Shown here one piece after another: positions 9,788-21,299 of a stretch of 64,000 nt of DNA. The stretch lies in contig OY829846.1 in assembly GCA_963691875.1 (NCBI GenBank), positions 2,208,001 to 2,272,000 on the forward strand, read 5' to 3'. A model generated the notes under the pieces. It had not been told where the DNA came from and did no database searches. It saw nothing but the letters and a program-made list of their open reading frames with translations. Within the stretch, counting starts at the first letter, position 1. Each line of letters starts with the position of its first letter. Origin of the DNA: Aureliella sp. (lineage in GTDB: Bacteria > Planctomycetota > Planctomycetia > Pirellulales > Pirellulaceae). Made by a program: the position numbers and the translations under genes.

Positions 9788-10789
9788 TTAGCGATCTACA
9801 CCCGACTTGGCGCCTTGCTGGACAAGGTTTTCTACCATGCTTCGATCAAAGACAGGGAGGTCGCCCGGCAAGGTGTATTTGATGGCCGCAGCAGCCGCGC
9901 CCCAACACAAGCAATCTGAAACCGGTTGGCCGTCCAGATGAGCGGATAGAAAACCAGCCGAAAAGGCATCGCCGCCCCCGAGACGTTCTACTTCTTGTGC
10001 GGCAAAAGCCGGTTGTGAGAAGAACTTGCCCGAAGAATCAATCGCTACTGCGCCATCGGATCCCCGCGTCATGATTACTGTTGCCTGAGGCCAACGCGCG
10101 TGTAGAGCATTCATAGCTTGCTCAACACTTGATACTTCAACCTGGTACAAGTTCACTGCATCGCGGGCTGGCAAGAAAACCAGCTCGGCCTGCTTGGCAA
10201 CTGAATCACAAGTACAGGCAGCCTCCTCTGCAGTCCAAAGCTTGCCGCGATAATTGACATCGAAACTGATCATCACGCCGGCAGACCGCGCAATTTCAAT
10301 CAACGCTTTGGCCGTTTGGCAGGTCTGAGTCGAAACACCAAGAGTGATCCCCGTAGTGTGTAAGCAGCGAACGCGATCGGGACTCAACAGCTCGGACGCA
10401 ATGTCTTCCTTTGACAAGCGGCACATGGCTGAATTAGCTCGATCGTAGTAAACCTGCGAGCCTCGCGGTGCACCCCCGCGTTCCATATAATAGGTACCGA
10501 CACGGTCCTCTTCGGTCCAGCAAACGTGGCTCGTGTCGACGCCATGTTCGGCGATTGCTTGCGAGATTTTTCGACCAAGCGGGTTGTCAGTAAGACGCGA
10601 AAACCAAGCCACTCGTTGCCCAAGCCTTGCGAGTCCGACCGCTGTATTCGACTCACTGCCGCCAACATGGGTTTCAATCAAGGTCGCTTGTTGAAATCGC
10701 TCGCATTCCGGCGGCGTAAATCGCAGCATGGTTTCGCCGATGGCGAGAACATCAAACCGCTGCCATGTTGCTTCTTGAGCTTGGGACAT
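9788..10789 (-). CDS. kdgK: PfkB sugar kinase, 2-dehydro-3-deoxygluconokinase-like
   Basis: IGETMLR, GGSESNTAVGLARLG, VYYDRANSA, SFDVNYR.KLW, GGGDAFSAGF; adjacent to eda. Confidence 0.85.
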   Translation of the reverse strand: MSQAQEATWQRFDVLAIGETMLRFTPPECERFQQATLIETHVGGSESNTAVGLARLGQRVAWFSRLTDNPLGRKISQAIAEHGVDTSHVCWTEEDRVGTYYMERGGAPRGSQVYYDRANSAMCRLSKEDIASELLSPDRVRCLHTTGITLGVSTQTCQTAKALIEIARSAGVMISFDVNYRGKLWTAEEAACTCDSVAKQAELVFLPARDAVNLYQVEVSSVEQAMNALHARWPQATVIMTRGSDGAVAIDSSGKFFSQPAFAAQEVERLGGGDAFSAGFLSAHLDGQPVSDCLCWGAAAAAIKYTLPGDLPVFDRSMVENLVQQGAKSGVDR

Positions 10790-10798
10790 CTGTGTGAT

Positions 10799-11461
10799 CT
10801 AGCCTCCTGAATGCCAGCTCTTTGCGGTCGTCACGTATTCTGCCGCGACTGCTCGCACTGTATCCCAGTCCCTGTTTGCCACTGCAACTTGATCGATCAA
10901 GTTACCGCCAACTCCGACGGCAGCCGCACCTGCATCAAAGAAGCTCTGCATGTTCTGAAGGTTTACGCCGCCAGTCGGAACAAGCTCCAGTTCAGGCATC
11001 GGAGCCAAAATATCCTTAATATACTTTGGTCCAAGATCCCGAGCTGGAAAAACCTTGACCATGCTCGCGCCAAAAGCCTGTGCGCTCGCGATTTCCGTTG
11101 GCGTGTACGCACCGCACAAAATCGGGATCTCAGCTTCAACGCAGATTTGCAGCACTCCGGGCTGAAATATGGGAGTGACCAGAAAGTCGACTTGAGCTTC
11201 GACTGCAGCTCGAGCCTGATCTACCGTTCGAACTGAACCAATCCCAAGTGCAGCAGATTCGCCTGAGAATTCTTCAACCGTTTCGAAAACTCGTACGACC
11301 GCATCCAACGCAGACGGGTTTGACAAGGTGAACTCTTGGACCCGAACTCCGGCAGCGAACAATGCTCTGGAGAGTTCCACTGCGCTCGACAAATCGTCTA
11401 AGCGAATGATCGCAACCATCCGCTCTCTGCGAATCAAATCAACTGTAGCTTGACGCATCAT
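10799..11461 (-). CDS. eda: KDPG/KHG aldolase
   Basis: VAIIR, EFT, GAYTPTEI, VKVFPA, LVPTGGVN, VGVGG. Confidence 0.9.
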   Translation of the reverse strand: MMRQATVDLIRRERMVAIIRLDDLSSAVELSRALFAAGVRVQEFTLSNPSALDAVVRVFETVEEFSGESAALGIGSVRTVDQARAAVEAQVDFLVTPIFQPGVLQICVEAEIPILCGAYTPTEIASAQAFGASMVKVFPARDLGPKYIKDILAPMPELELVPTGGVNLQNMQSFFDAGAAAVGVGGNLIDQVAVANRDWDTVRAVAAEYVTTAKSWHSGG

Positions 11462-11547
11462 TACAACTGCCGAAATCTTCAGCGAGTTCCAGAGGACCCC
11501 GAACAGGTAAAGCTCGGGCTGTCTCTGTATTCAGCGACCGGCCCAAA

Positions 11548-11568
11548 GGCTAACGGCCAACGGCTAAC
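11548..11568. repeat. Three tandem heptamers GGCTAAC-GGCCAAC-GGCTAAC (REP-like)
   Basis: Directly visible in the intergenic gap just downstream of the 11580 gene stop. Confidence 0.5.
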
Positions 11569-11579
11569 GCTGCTAAGGA

Positions 11580-11900
11580 CTAAGCTTCCGCTGTCTCTGT
11601 CACTTCCGCTGGGGCTTTCGTGCTACGACGGCGCCGTTTGACTTTGGCGTTGCTCCATTCCTTCGTGACCGCTTCGAATACTTCGGGCGATTCGTAGCGA
11701 ACGATGTTTTTGCCTTCAGGAATAGGGCCAACGAGTCCGCGGAAGACGGGCATGCCCCGCAATGCGAGGTCGGCGCTGCTGTCATCCACGCCAATCTGAG
11801 CATGCATTTCTAAGATAGGTTCTGGGGAGGGAAAATCCCGGATGCGAAAGGAGCCATCGCTGGCCCGGGTCACAACCCGATAAGTGTCTTTTTTGCTCAT
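11580..11900 (-). CDS. Conserved-looking small hypothetical protein
   Basis: 106-aa ORF with ATG, GGAG RBS, protein-like composition and a basic C-terminal tract. Confidence 0.75.
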   Translation of the reverse strand: MSKKDTYRVVTRASDGSFRIRDFPSPEPILEMHAQIGVDDSSADLALRGMPVFRGLVGPIPEGKNIVRYESPEVFEAVTKEWSNAKVKRRRRSTKAPAEVTETAEA

Positions 11901-12258
11901 TCTGGTCTCCAGGGCATTGGAAAAAGATTGCCTGTGCCAGCAGTCGTGTGGCCGACATTGCTACTCGATGGAGCGGATAAGGATGACCGACTATGAAGGC
12001 AGATGGTCAAACGAATAGCACTGGCACAGGCAACTCTTAGAGGATCGGCTGACGGCGCGCGTTAGCTTGTGAAATTCAACGCGACTCACTATCGCGAGAA
12101 CAAATCCGATATCGGGAGTTGCTGGGATTGTCGGAACAAGCTGCATAACCCGAGAATCGCCGCAGAACAATGGCACCAGCCGGCCTTGCCCTCGTAATCG
12201 TCATACCAATCAGGGGGCGATAAACACGCCGGGATACACGCTACGCCGGTTGTGACAA

Positions 12259-13770
12259 TCAGGCCAACAATGGCTTCAAGACTTCGCCTTCAACGTCCGT
12301 CAAACGGAAGTCCCGGCCTTGGAAGCGAAAGGTAAATCGCTCGTGGTCGATACCCAAAAGATGAAGAATCGTCGCATGCAGGTCATGCACACTGACTGCA
12401 TCTTCAACCACGTTGACGCTGTAGTCGTCTGTACGACCATGAGTCATACCACCACGAAAACCGCCGCCAGCGGCCCACATGCTAAAGCAAGTACCATGAT
12501 GGTCGCGCCCGTAGGAATTCGCCTTGAGGTTGCCTTGCGAGTAAACCGTTCTGCCAAACTCACCTCCCCAAATCACGAGCGTGTCGTCCAACATACCTCT
12601 CATCTTCAGATCTTTTAGCAGAGCGGCAGTCGCTTGATCCGTATCCCGCGCTTGTTTGGTCACTTCACCAGGCACGTTGTTGTGCGAGTCCCAGCCTTGG
12701 TGGAACAGCTGAATGAACCGCACGCCTCGTTCGGCCAGTCTTCGAGCGATCAAGCAGTTATAGGCGTACTTGCCCTGCTTTCTCACATCAGGTCCGTACA
12801 TGTCGAGTACGTGGTGCGGCTCCTGCTCGATATCCAACAGATCGGGTACCGAAAGCTGCATGCGAAAGGCGAGTTCATATTGGGCGATACGCGACTCGAC
12901 TTCTGGATCCCCCACCAAATCATGTTGCTTGCGATTCAGTTCACCCAGCCGATCCAGCATCGTCCTTCGCATCGCTCGCGAAACGCCAGCCGGATTGTAG
13001 ATGTCTAGAACCGGTTCGCCGATGTTGCGAAATTTCACTCCTTGATGTCGCGAAGGCAAAAAGCCACTACCCCACAAGCGATCGTAGAGAGGTTGCCCAT
13101 TCTTCGCACTGCCTTTGGAGCTCATCGCGACAAACGCGGGCAAATCAGCGTTGTCTGTGCCCAGACCATAGCCGAGCCACGAGCCGATGCTTGGACGCCC
13201 GGGAATCTGTGAGCCAGTCTGCTGAAAAGTAATCGCTGGGTCGTGATTGATGGCTTCAGTGTGTAAAGAGTTGATCAGGCAGATGTCGTCTGCCATCTTT
13301 CCAATATGCGGCAGGACTTCGCTGATTCGCATTCCAGATTCGCCACAGCGCAGGAAGCGAAACTTGGAAGCGGCAACCGGAAAGGAAGCTTGAGCCGAAG
13401 ACATGGTGGTCTTGCGGTCGTCAGGATAAACAGACTTGGGCACTTCTTGCCCATGCCTACGACGAAGCTCTGGCTTGTAGTCCAGCAGATCCATCTGAGC
13501 TGGACCACCGGACTGAAAGAGATAGATGACACGTTTGGCTCTCGCCGGAAAGTGCGGAAGCTCAGGTACTCCCATGCTGGCTGGCGAGTCACCATCGACA
13601 TCAGAATTATCTTTAGCCGACGCAGATCTACCAGTGACTGATGCCCCACCGCCCATGGACGCCATCGCGAGCGTCGGAAGTAACATCGATCTGCGCGAGC
13701 AGGCGGCATGATCGGCCGCCACACAAGCAGGGCGTTTGTTTCCGGATGGCAAGTTGTTCGTCTGCGGCAT
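12259..13770 (-). CDS. DUF1501 family protein
   Basis: Tat-like SRRSML, PHFPARAKRVIYLFQSGGP, RRLAERGVRFIQL, WDSH, WGGEFGRT, GRDHH. Confidence 0.93.
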   Translation of the reverse strand: MPQTNNLPSGNKRPACVAADHAACSRRSMLLPTLAMASMGGGASVTGRSASAKDNSDVDGDSPASMGVPELPHFPARAKRVIYLFQSGGPAQMDLLDYKPELRRRHGQEVPKSVYPDDRKTTMSSAQASFPVAASKFRFLRCGESGMRISEVLPHIGKMADDICLINSLHTEAINHDPAITFQQTGSQIPGRPSIGSWLGYGLGTDNADLPAFVAMSSKGSAKNGQPLYDRLWGSGFLPSRHQGVKFRNIGEPVLDIYNPAGVSRAMRRTMLDRLGELNRKQHDLVGDPEVESRIAQYELAFRMQLSVPDLLDIEQEPHHVLDMYGPDVRKQGKYAYNCLIARRLAERGVRFIQLFHQGWDSHNNVPGEVTKQARDTDQATAALLKDLKMRGMLDDTLVIWGGEFGRTVYSQGNLKANSYGRDHHGTCFSMWAAGGGFRGGMTHGRTDDYSVNVVEDAVSVHDLHATILHLLGIDHERFTFRFQGRDFRLTDVEGEVLKPLLA

Positions 13771-13776
13771 CGGCGG

Positions 13777-16101
13777 CTATTCCTTCGTAAGCAACTCGTC
13801 AAGGTTCAGCACAAGCGAGGCGACGAGTGTCAACGCGGCGTGACGTTCGGAATCTAGATCTTTGTCTCGTGGGGACTCACCGACGGAAAGCAGCTCTTCA
13901 GTTGCTTTCGGTTCCGCTCGTAACTGAAGCTGGAATTCCTTATACGCTTGTAGCAATGTTTCGACTTCGTCGAGCTCGGCCTTTCTGCCCAGCGACAGCT
14001 CGACCATGTAGACGACCTGATCTCGTATATCTTGGCTCGACTCGAGGATACTTCGTTCGGCCAGCGCACGAGCGGCTTCCACAAAGGTTTTGTTGTTTAG
14101 CAGAGTCAGTGCCTGCAGCGGCGTGTTCGTTCGCTCGGTGTAAACTGAGCAGACTTCCCTCGCAGCGGCATTGAAGTTCATCATCGTCGGTGGTGGAATG
14201 GTTCGACGCCAATAGGTGTACAAGCTCCGGCGAAATAACTTCTCACCTTTATCTTGCTTGTATTTATTGTTTGAGAACGCGGCCCAGATTTTCTCAGGCA
14301 TATAAGGCTTCACTGATTCTCCGCCCGTCTGCTGAACCAACAAACCGCTGAGTGCCAATGCTTGATCGCGAAGTGCAAATGCTGAAAGCCGCAAGCGTGG
14401 GCCACGAGCCAACCAACGGTTCGCGGGGTCGGCTTGCTCCGCCGCAAGCGTCTGGCGAGATGACTGCTGATACGTCGCACTGCTGACGATCAGCCGCTGG
14501 ATGTGTTGCAGATCCCATCTGCTTCGCACCAGCTCCGCTGCGAGCCAGTCGAGCAATTCGGGATGCGTCGGCAATGCCCCTTGAGAACCAAGGTTGTCGC
14601 TGGTTGGAACCAAACCTACACCAAAGAACTGCTGCCAGAGTCGATTGACCGCGACGCGTGCCGTCAAAGGGTTTTTTGCCTCCAGCAGCCATTCCGCAAG
14701 CTCCAACCGATCTGCCGGAGCAGAACCATGCAACTGCAAAGCAGCAGGAACTTGAGGCTCAAGCAACTCAGACGTATCCGGCTGATTGTATCGCCCACGC
14801 CGAAGCAAGTAAGTCGCTCGAGGATCTGCTAATTCATGCATGACCATCACAGTCTTTGGTGAACCAGCCTGTGGTCGCTTTAGTCCGTTGCCAGCCGTGC
14901 CTTTTCGAGCCGCGCTCAACTTAACAGGATCCGGTACGATGGAATGATCTTCATCTGCAGCAAGTAGCGGCCAGCTCGGCGGAAGCTCTACGAAAGGTGG
15001 ACTGTTTCCGTTGTTGGGGCCAACGCCATGTTCGGCCACGTTATTGAAGTAAGCGAAGAGCTGGTAGTACTCTTTCTGCGAAATCGGATCGTACTTGTGG
15101 TCATGGCAGCGAGCGCAGCCCAGGGTGAGTCCAAGGAAAACGGTACCAAAGGTATCGACACGATCTACTACATTCTCGACGCGCCATTCTTCCGGGATGG
15201 AACCATCTTCGGAATTGATGCGATGATTGCGCCCGAATCCAGATGCAACTTGCTGCCATAAAGTCGCCTCAGGCAACATATCTCCGGCAAGCTGCTCACG
15301 AACGAATTGGTCGTAAGGCATTTTGTCATTGAAGGCACGAATCACCCAGTCACGCCATGCGTGCTGGTAGCGATAACGATCGTTCTGATATCCATCCGTG
15401 TCTGCGTAGCGAGCCGCCTCAAGCCACGGCAACGCCATGTGCTCGCCATAACTTCGAGAGCTCATCAGAGATTCAATCGCCCACGCTATTGCGACTTCTC
15501 TGCCGGAATCACTTAGTTGGTCTCGAAATCCCCGCCGAAGTTCTGGACTCGGAGGCAAGCCCGTGAGGTCAAAAGTCAGTCTGCGCAATAGCGTCTCAGA
15601 AGCCGCTTGATGGGAAGGCTGAAATCCTCTTGCTTGCATTGCCTTAGCGGCAAAAGCATCAATCGGATTGTTGCCCCAATCTGCGATGGCGGCTTTCGGG
15701 ACTGCTTGTTTCTTGGGAACGACAAACGCCCAGTGCTGCTGATAAGCTGCGCCTTGTCGCGCCCACTCGAGTAACTTCGCTTTCTGCAAGTCATTTAGCG
15801 GGTGCAAGGACTCAGGTGGCGGCATTTTCAGGTTGGGATCATCCGCTAAGACTCGTTCCAGCAATACCGATTGGCCCGACTCATCGAGCTCTGTGACCAT
15901 GGCTGCTGACTCGGCTAGATCCAACCTTAAGTCCGCTTCACGTGTCTGTGCATCTGGACCATGGCACTGAAAGCAAGCGTTCGACAGAATCGGCCGGATG
16001 TCCTTGCCAAAATCGAGCTTTTCCTTTGCGTGAGCAGCACTCGAGACTGCAAGGTAAAGCAGGCTTAGAAGACAGCACAAACGGGCTTTGGGAAAACGCA
16101 T
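13777..16101 (-). CDS. Planctomycete cytochrome c (PSCyt1) + PSD1 (DUF1549/DUF1553) protein
   Basis: IRPILSNACFQCHGPD, HWAF, NPIDAF, LLRRLTFDLTGLPP, CARCHDHKYDPI, NPLTARVAVNRLWQ, TNTPLQAL. Confidence 0.95.
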   Translation of the reverse strand: MRFPKARLCCLLSLLYLAVSSAAHAKEKLDFGKDIRPILSNACFQCHGPDAQTREADLRLDLAESAAMVTELDESGQSVLLERVLADDPNLKMPPPESLHPLNDLQKAKLLEWARQGAAYQQHWAFVVPKKQAVPKAAIADWGNNPIDAFAAKAMQARGFQPSHQAASETLLRRLTFDLTGLPPSPELRRGFRDQLSDSGREVAIAWAIESLMSSRSYGEHMALPWLEAARYADTDGYQNDRYRYQHAWRDWVIRAFNDKMPYDQFVREQLAGDMLPEATLWQQVASGFGRNHRINSEDGSIPEEWRVENVVDRVDTFGTVFLGLTLGCARCHDHKYDPISQKEYYQLFAYFNNVAEHGVGPNNGNSPPFVELPPSWPLLAADEDHSIVPDPVKLSAARKGTAGNGLKRPQAGSPKTVMVMHELADPRATYLLRRGRYNQPDTSELLEPQVPAALQLHGSAPADRLELAEWLLEAKNPLTARVAVNRLWQQFFGVGLVPTSDNLGSQGALPTHPELLDWLAAELVRSRWDLQHIQRLIVSSATYQQSSRQTLAAEQADPANRWLARGPRLRLSAFALRDQALALSGLLVQQTGGESVKPYMPEKIWAAFSNNKYKQDKGEKLFRRSLYTYWRRTIPPPTMMNFNAAAREVCSVYTERTNTPLQALTLLNNKTFVEAARALAERSILESSQDIRDQVVYMVELSLGRKAELDEVETLLQAYKEFQLQLRAEPKATEELLSVGESPRDKDLDSERHAALTLVASLVLNLDELLTKE

Positions 16102-16552
16102 CAGCTCGAAGGCGGGAAGGAATCGAGGGGTGTGAAGCCTCTATTCTAGTTGATTCCTGCCTGGAGTTCACCTCGAAGTCGACTTCGCGAAAAGCACCAC
16201 AAAGTAGGTCCATTCTCCCAATTGCCCCAAGCCTTCTTGAAATGTGCCAAATTCATTCAGAATGACTATGCGAATAACACGAAGGGAAAGAAGGTCCAAC
16301 GGAAAACCAACCTGGGGCCGGAATCGTTCTATCGGCCAAGATTCGGACTCATGTGTCAACTTTGATAACTTGCCGCTCTTCCGACTTCCTCTTCTTACTT
16401 CTTGCTTTTCATGTCTTCGTCGTGTGCCTGCAGGCCGTTAGATTTGTTTTGTTGAATTAGTCGAACCATGCTCTGGTCAATTGGGAAAATGGACCTACTT
16501 TGGGGACGTTCGTTTTAGTACGCGACCAGGTATTGGCTTCCGACAATACACA

Positions 16553-17221
16553 ATGAAATCTAATGCCGACAATCTTCCCAGAACACTGATAGTCTCAACA
16601 GTGGCGCTGAACGCGTTGGGCATCGGCTTGGTTATCCCAGTTATGCCACAACTGCTGCAGCAAATTGGCGGTGTAGATGTGTCACGAGCCGCATCCATCG
16701 GCGGAATGCTCTCACTGGTGTTTGTTGCGATGCAGGTTTTATTCGGGCCGCTACTGGGAGCACTATCGGATCAGTTCGGTCGTCGGCCTGTGATTGTGAT
16801 TTCACTTTTGACGAGTGCGATTGACTACGCCGTTCTGTCCGTATCAAACCTGCTCTTGCTATTCTTTTTAGCGAGGCTCGTTTCGGGCGTTGCCTCGGCG
16901 ACTTACTCTGTCGCCAATGCAACCATGGCGGACACGGTGCCACCGGATAAAAGAGCCGCTCAGTTTGGATTGACGGGAGCTGCGCTCGGAATTGGCTTTG
17001 TGCTGGGGCCTGTGTTTGGAGGTCTGCTTGGTGAAATTGGTCCGCGAGCCCCCTTCCTGGCGGCGGCTTGCCTATGCTTTAGCGCCGCGACTCTTTGTTT
17101 CTTCTTTCTCCCCGAAACGCTGACCAAGGAGAATCGTCGGAAGCTCAAGTTGGGAGACTGCATTCCTTTGCGGCCGCTGTGGGCCTTGCGAAGACAGCCC
17201 TCGGGGATGCGGATGGTCTAA
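16553..17221 (+). pseudogene. TetA/TCR-like MFS transporter, N-terminal half only
   Basis: TVALNALGIGLVIPVMP, LGALSDQFGRRPV (motif A), ARLVSG, GFVLGPVFGGLLG (motif C), LPET; stops after about 6 of 12 TMs. Confidence 0.85.
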
Positions 17222-20200
17222 TTGCCCAACCTGCCACAGGCGGGTATGCGGGTCAGGTGCTACAGTCCTTCCAAACCCCACCCCCACCGAACCAACCCTC
17301 TAGCAACCGAAAAACCTTGAGCCGCTATGGCAAGAGCTTGACCGAAAACGTGGGAAATGATCTTGGCGCTCGGGCTGACGCCTCGATTTGGAGCGCACCC
17401 GTCACAACTGGTGAAGATGGTAAAGCAACTGTTGTGTTGATTTTGCCAGAAACCGCTGGACGCTGGAACCTACACGCGAAAGGTTGCACGACGGAAACAT
17501 TGGTTGGTCAAGCTAGCGCTCAGTTGACGACTCGCAAGGATTTCTTGGTCGAACTGCGTACGCCAGAAAAACTACAAGAAGGAGATTCGCAACGATTTAT
17601 TGGCACGATCCACAATATGACGGACTTCGCGGGCGAGGCTACGATCCAACTAAAGATCTCAGGACCCGCCCAAGCCTTTACGACCGTAGGCACTGTCAAT
17701 CTCGCTGGGCAAGGAACAGCAGAATTCACGTTCGAGGAATTCAAGGCACCGTTCATTGAGTCTCTACAACTTCAAGTGACTGCTATTGCTGGTGAGCACA
17801 AAGATACCTCGGAAGTATTCGTTCCAGTTCGTCCATGGGGTATCGAGTACGCTGACTTTGCGGGCGAATTGACCAGTACGGAAGCGGGGGCAACTTTGGC
17901 TTTACCCAAAGATCAGAATTACTCGGCTCGCAAACTTCACATCACCTTAAGCCCGTCGATTCAACAAGCTATCATTGATCTTGGCCTTTCGCGTGCTCGG
18001 CCGCTGTTTAGCTTGAGGACCGAGCTATCTCCAGCACCGCAAACTCCTGCGAGTTCTTTGCTGGCTGCGGCAAGTGCCTTGAAGTATGCCCAAAATCGCA
18101 GGGCTGCACCTGAAGAAGTGGCGAGGTTGAAATCTCGCGTCGAAGCCTTGGTTTCCGGTGCCGTGGTTACGCAACTCAAGGATGGCTCCTGGCCTTGGAA
18201 CAACTTCGCAGGGCTTAGCACGCGTACCAGTAGCGCGACGACCTACTGGGGCTTGGCTGTCGCTCAGCAAGCGCGTGTCTCGGTAGATCACAATACTTTG
18301 GTGCGAGCCGAACAGTACTTCACGAGCTCCTTTTCGAAGATTGATTCGAGCGACACTGAGAGCAAGGCGATTGTACTGCAAGCATTGTCGCAAACGGATC
18401 GGGCGGACTTCTCTGCTGCCAATCGCTTATACCGTGAAAGACAAAACCTGAGTGAAACGGCTTTAGCCTACATGGCCGCCACTTTCGTCCACATGGGGCG
18501 ACCGGAATTCGCGGAAGATCTGCTGAAGATCCTTGATACCAAGTTGGCACAAAACAGTTGGAAGGCCAACGCGCGGCATTCTATCCTGAGTGACGACGTT
18601 AGCACGACAGCCGTGGCTCTATGGTCTTATGCAAGAATCCGAAGGGACTCGGAAGCAACGTCAAAGATAGCCAATCGACTCTTGGCTCAAGCAACTCAAT
18701 TGCCATCCAATAGTTCCCTGGGAACTGTGGTGTCTGCCTTGGCTGAGCACTACAGCAATCTTAGAGGCGGCGAAGAGGACTATACAGTCGAGATGTATGT
18801 CAACGACAAACTCGTTCATTCCATCAATTCGACGGGACTGCGGAACACTCAGACTTTTCCTGTGGACCAAGAGAAGATCGATGCGGGCGAGAACAAGATT
18901 CGTGTTCTCGTAAGTGGAAAGGGAAGAGTGCGCTACGCTGCCACGCTATCCGGCTTCTCTCCCGACTTGAAGGATCCAGCGACGCTTGATTACCCGCGGA
19001 TCAGCAGCAAGGTTTACTACCACGACAAACTGAGCTACCGGGACGTGCCGCTTTCGTCTCATAGCACGTCCCTCGTGTCAGAGTTGGAGCTCGGCCAAAG
19101 AATTCGAGCGCATGTTTCCTTCTACAACAGCACGACTGGCAATCGCCAAAAAGAGTACATGGTTTACGAAGAATACCTCCCCACGGGGACCTTGCTTGTG
19201 GAAGGTTCCATGTCTGGCAATTACAAGCGAGTCGAAACCGATGGCTCACGCATTCGCTTCTACTTTGCACCGGGAACGCTTAGCTCAATCAATTATGAAC
19301 TTGTGGCACATATCCCTGGCAAGTATCGCGTGCTTCCAGGTGTCGTGTACGACGCGGTCAATCGCAGTCGCATGCGAGTTGGCAAGTCTCGTGAGCTCGT
19401 CATTCTGCCTGAAGGCGAGAAGAGCTCTGATGAGTATAAGATGAATGCATCTGAGCACTTTGAGCTCGCCACGAAGCTGTTCAACGACGGCAAGATGAAT
19501 GAGGCCGAAAGCCACTTGAATGCGTTATTCGCTAACAAGGACGATCGCAAGCGGTACGAAAAGGATATCGCACGGATGCTGCTGTGGATTCATACTGGCA
19601 AAGAAGAACTTGATGCCGCTCGCATCGTCGAGATGTTCGAGATCTTACGAGAACGGCATCCGCAATTGGTGATTCCATTCGACAAGACACTCATTGTTGG
19701 AAGAGCCTATCGCGATATCGGGGAGTTCGAACGAGCTTGGTTGGTGTTCCAGGCTGCAATTCAAAGTAGCTTCCTGAATGACGCCAAGCTGAGTGCCGTT
19801 TTGGACGATCAAGGGCAGTACCTCGGATCTGTGCAATACCAAGAGGATCTCTGGCTTGAGTATCCAGACAGCGCCGACGTCGCGACGGCCTACTTTGCGT
19901 TGAGCCAATCTCTGTTCCAAAAGGCTCCCCAAGCGAAGGCTATCGCAGCCCGAGAGCAACGCATCCGACTTCAGGAAGGAACTACCGAGGAGCTTGCCGC
20001 AGGAACTTATGAGAATCTGTCGGAGAACATCGAGCCTGAGAAAGAGAGAATGCTGGAACACAGCCAGCGTCTGCTTCACCGCTTCTTGACCCTGTATTCC
20101 ACCAATCCGCTGGCCGATGACGCGGCCTTCTCGGAAGTCAACGTGTACTTCGCGCTGAAGGACTACAAAAATGTGGTGACTCGATCGGTGGCGGGCGCTG

Positions 20201-21243
20201 AGCGTCATGCCAACAGCGAACTGAAAACGAGCTTTGAGTACATGGCTGCCCTGGGACACTTCTGGCAACGTCGCTACCAAGATGCGCTGGCGAGTGCAAC
20301 TAGTGTGGCCATCGGGGACAGTAAGGACGCCGACTACGCTCGCTATATCACGGCTCAGATCTATCATGCGACTGGCAAGCCAGCCAACGCAATGACTTGG
20401 TACGAAAAGGTTCGCGAGTTGTACCCCGATGCGGAAGATGCAATCGACTACTTCCAAGAGAAGAAGATTAGCATCGGAGAGGTCACTACCTTCAAACCAG
20501 AAGAGAAAGTGAAACTGACCATCGACTATCGCAATATCAAGGAGGCAGCTTTGGAGATCTACAAGGTCGACTTGATAAAACTTTACTTGCGAGAGAAGAA
20601 TCTCAGCAACATCACCGCCGTGGACCTAGCTGGCATCGACCCAGAAAGTTCACTTGTGATTGAGCTTGGTGATGGCAAGGACTTTGCAGACAAGATTCAT
20701 GAAGCTGCACTGCCGATTAGCGACGAAGGCGCGTACTTGGTCATCTGTCGAGGTGACAATCTCTACACAAGTGGTTTGATTTTGGTCACACCACTGAAAC
20801 TCGAGATTCAAGAGACTCCATAGGAAGGTAGCGTCCGGGTCAATGTCCGTGACTTGACCGCAGATGGCAGCTACATTCCTGAAGTCCTAGTAAAGGTAGT
20901 CGGAACGAGCAACGATTTGTTTTTGTCAGGTCACACCGATCTGCGCGGTGTCTTCCAAGCCGACGGAGTCAACGGAACGGCAACAGTATTGGCTCGAGCC
21001 GCAGGTGGAAAGTATGCCTTCTATCGCGGCCAGCAGATTCACGGCACACCTGTCGAGGCCAACGCAGCTGCTCAGCAGATGGAGGCAAAATCGGGGGCTC
21101 AGGGCAAGAAGCAACTCATGCAATCAGATTACATGCGAAACATCGATGTCCAGAACAAATTCTTGCAAGAATCGAACTTTAAAGCCTGGGACGCGCAACG
21201 CCGCGGTGACAATCGCGGAGTCGAAGTTCAAGACGCAAGGTAG
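17200..21243 (+). pseudogene. 5'-truncated alpha-2-macroglobulin/TPR-like large protein with internal amber stop
   Basis: SIWSAPVTTGEDGKATV..LPE...W, QLKDGSW, LPTG, PGKYRVLP, TPR-like helices; no signal peptide or N-terminal MG domains; LEIQETP*EGSVRVNVRD reads in frame across TAG 20821-20823. Confidence 0.8.
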
Positions 21244-21299
21244 GATCGTTATAGCCGAAAATGTTGACGTCCGTTTGGACACGAATTTCGTATCGGAGC

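Noticed and set aside
16553..17221. Functional tetracycline resistance gene
   Set aside because: Only half the transporter is present and there is no adjacent tetR.
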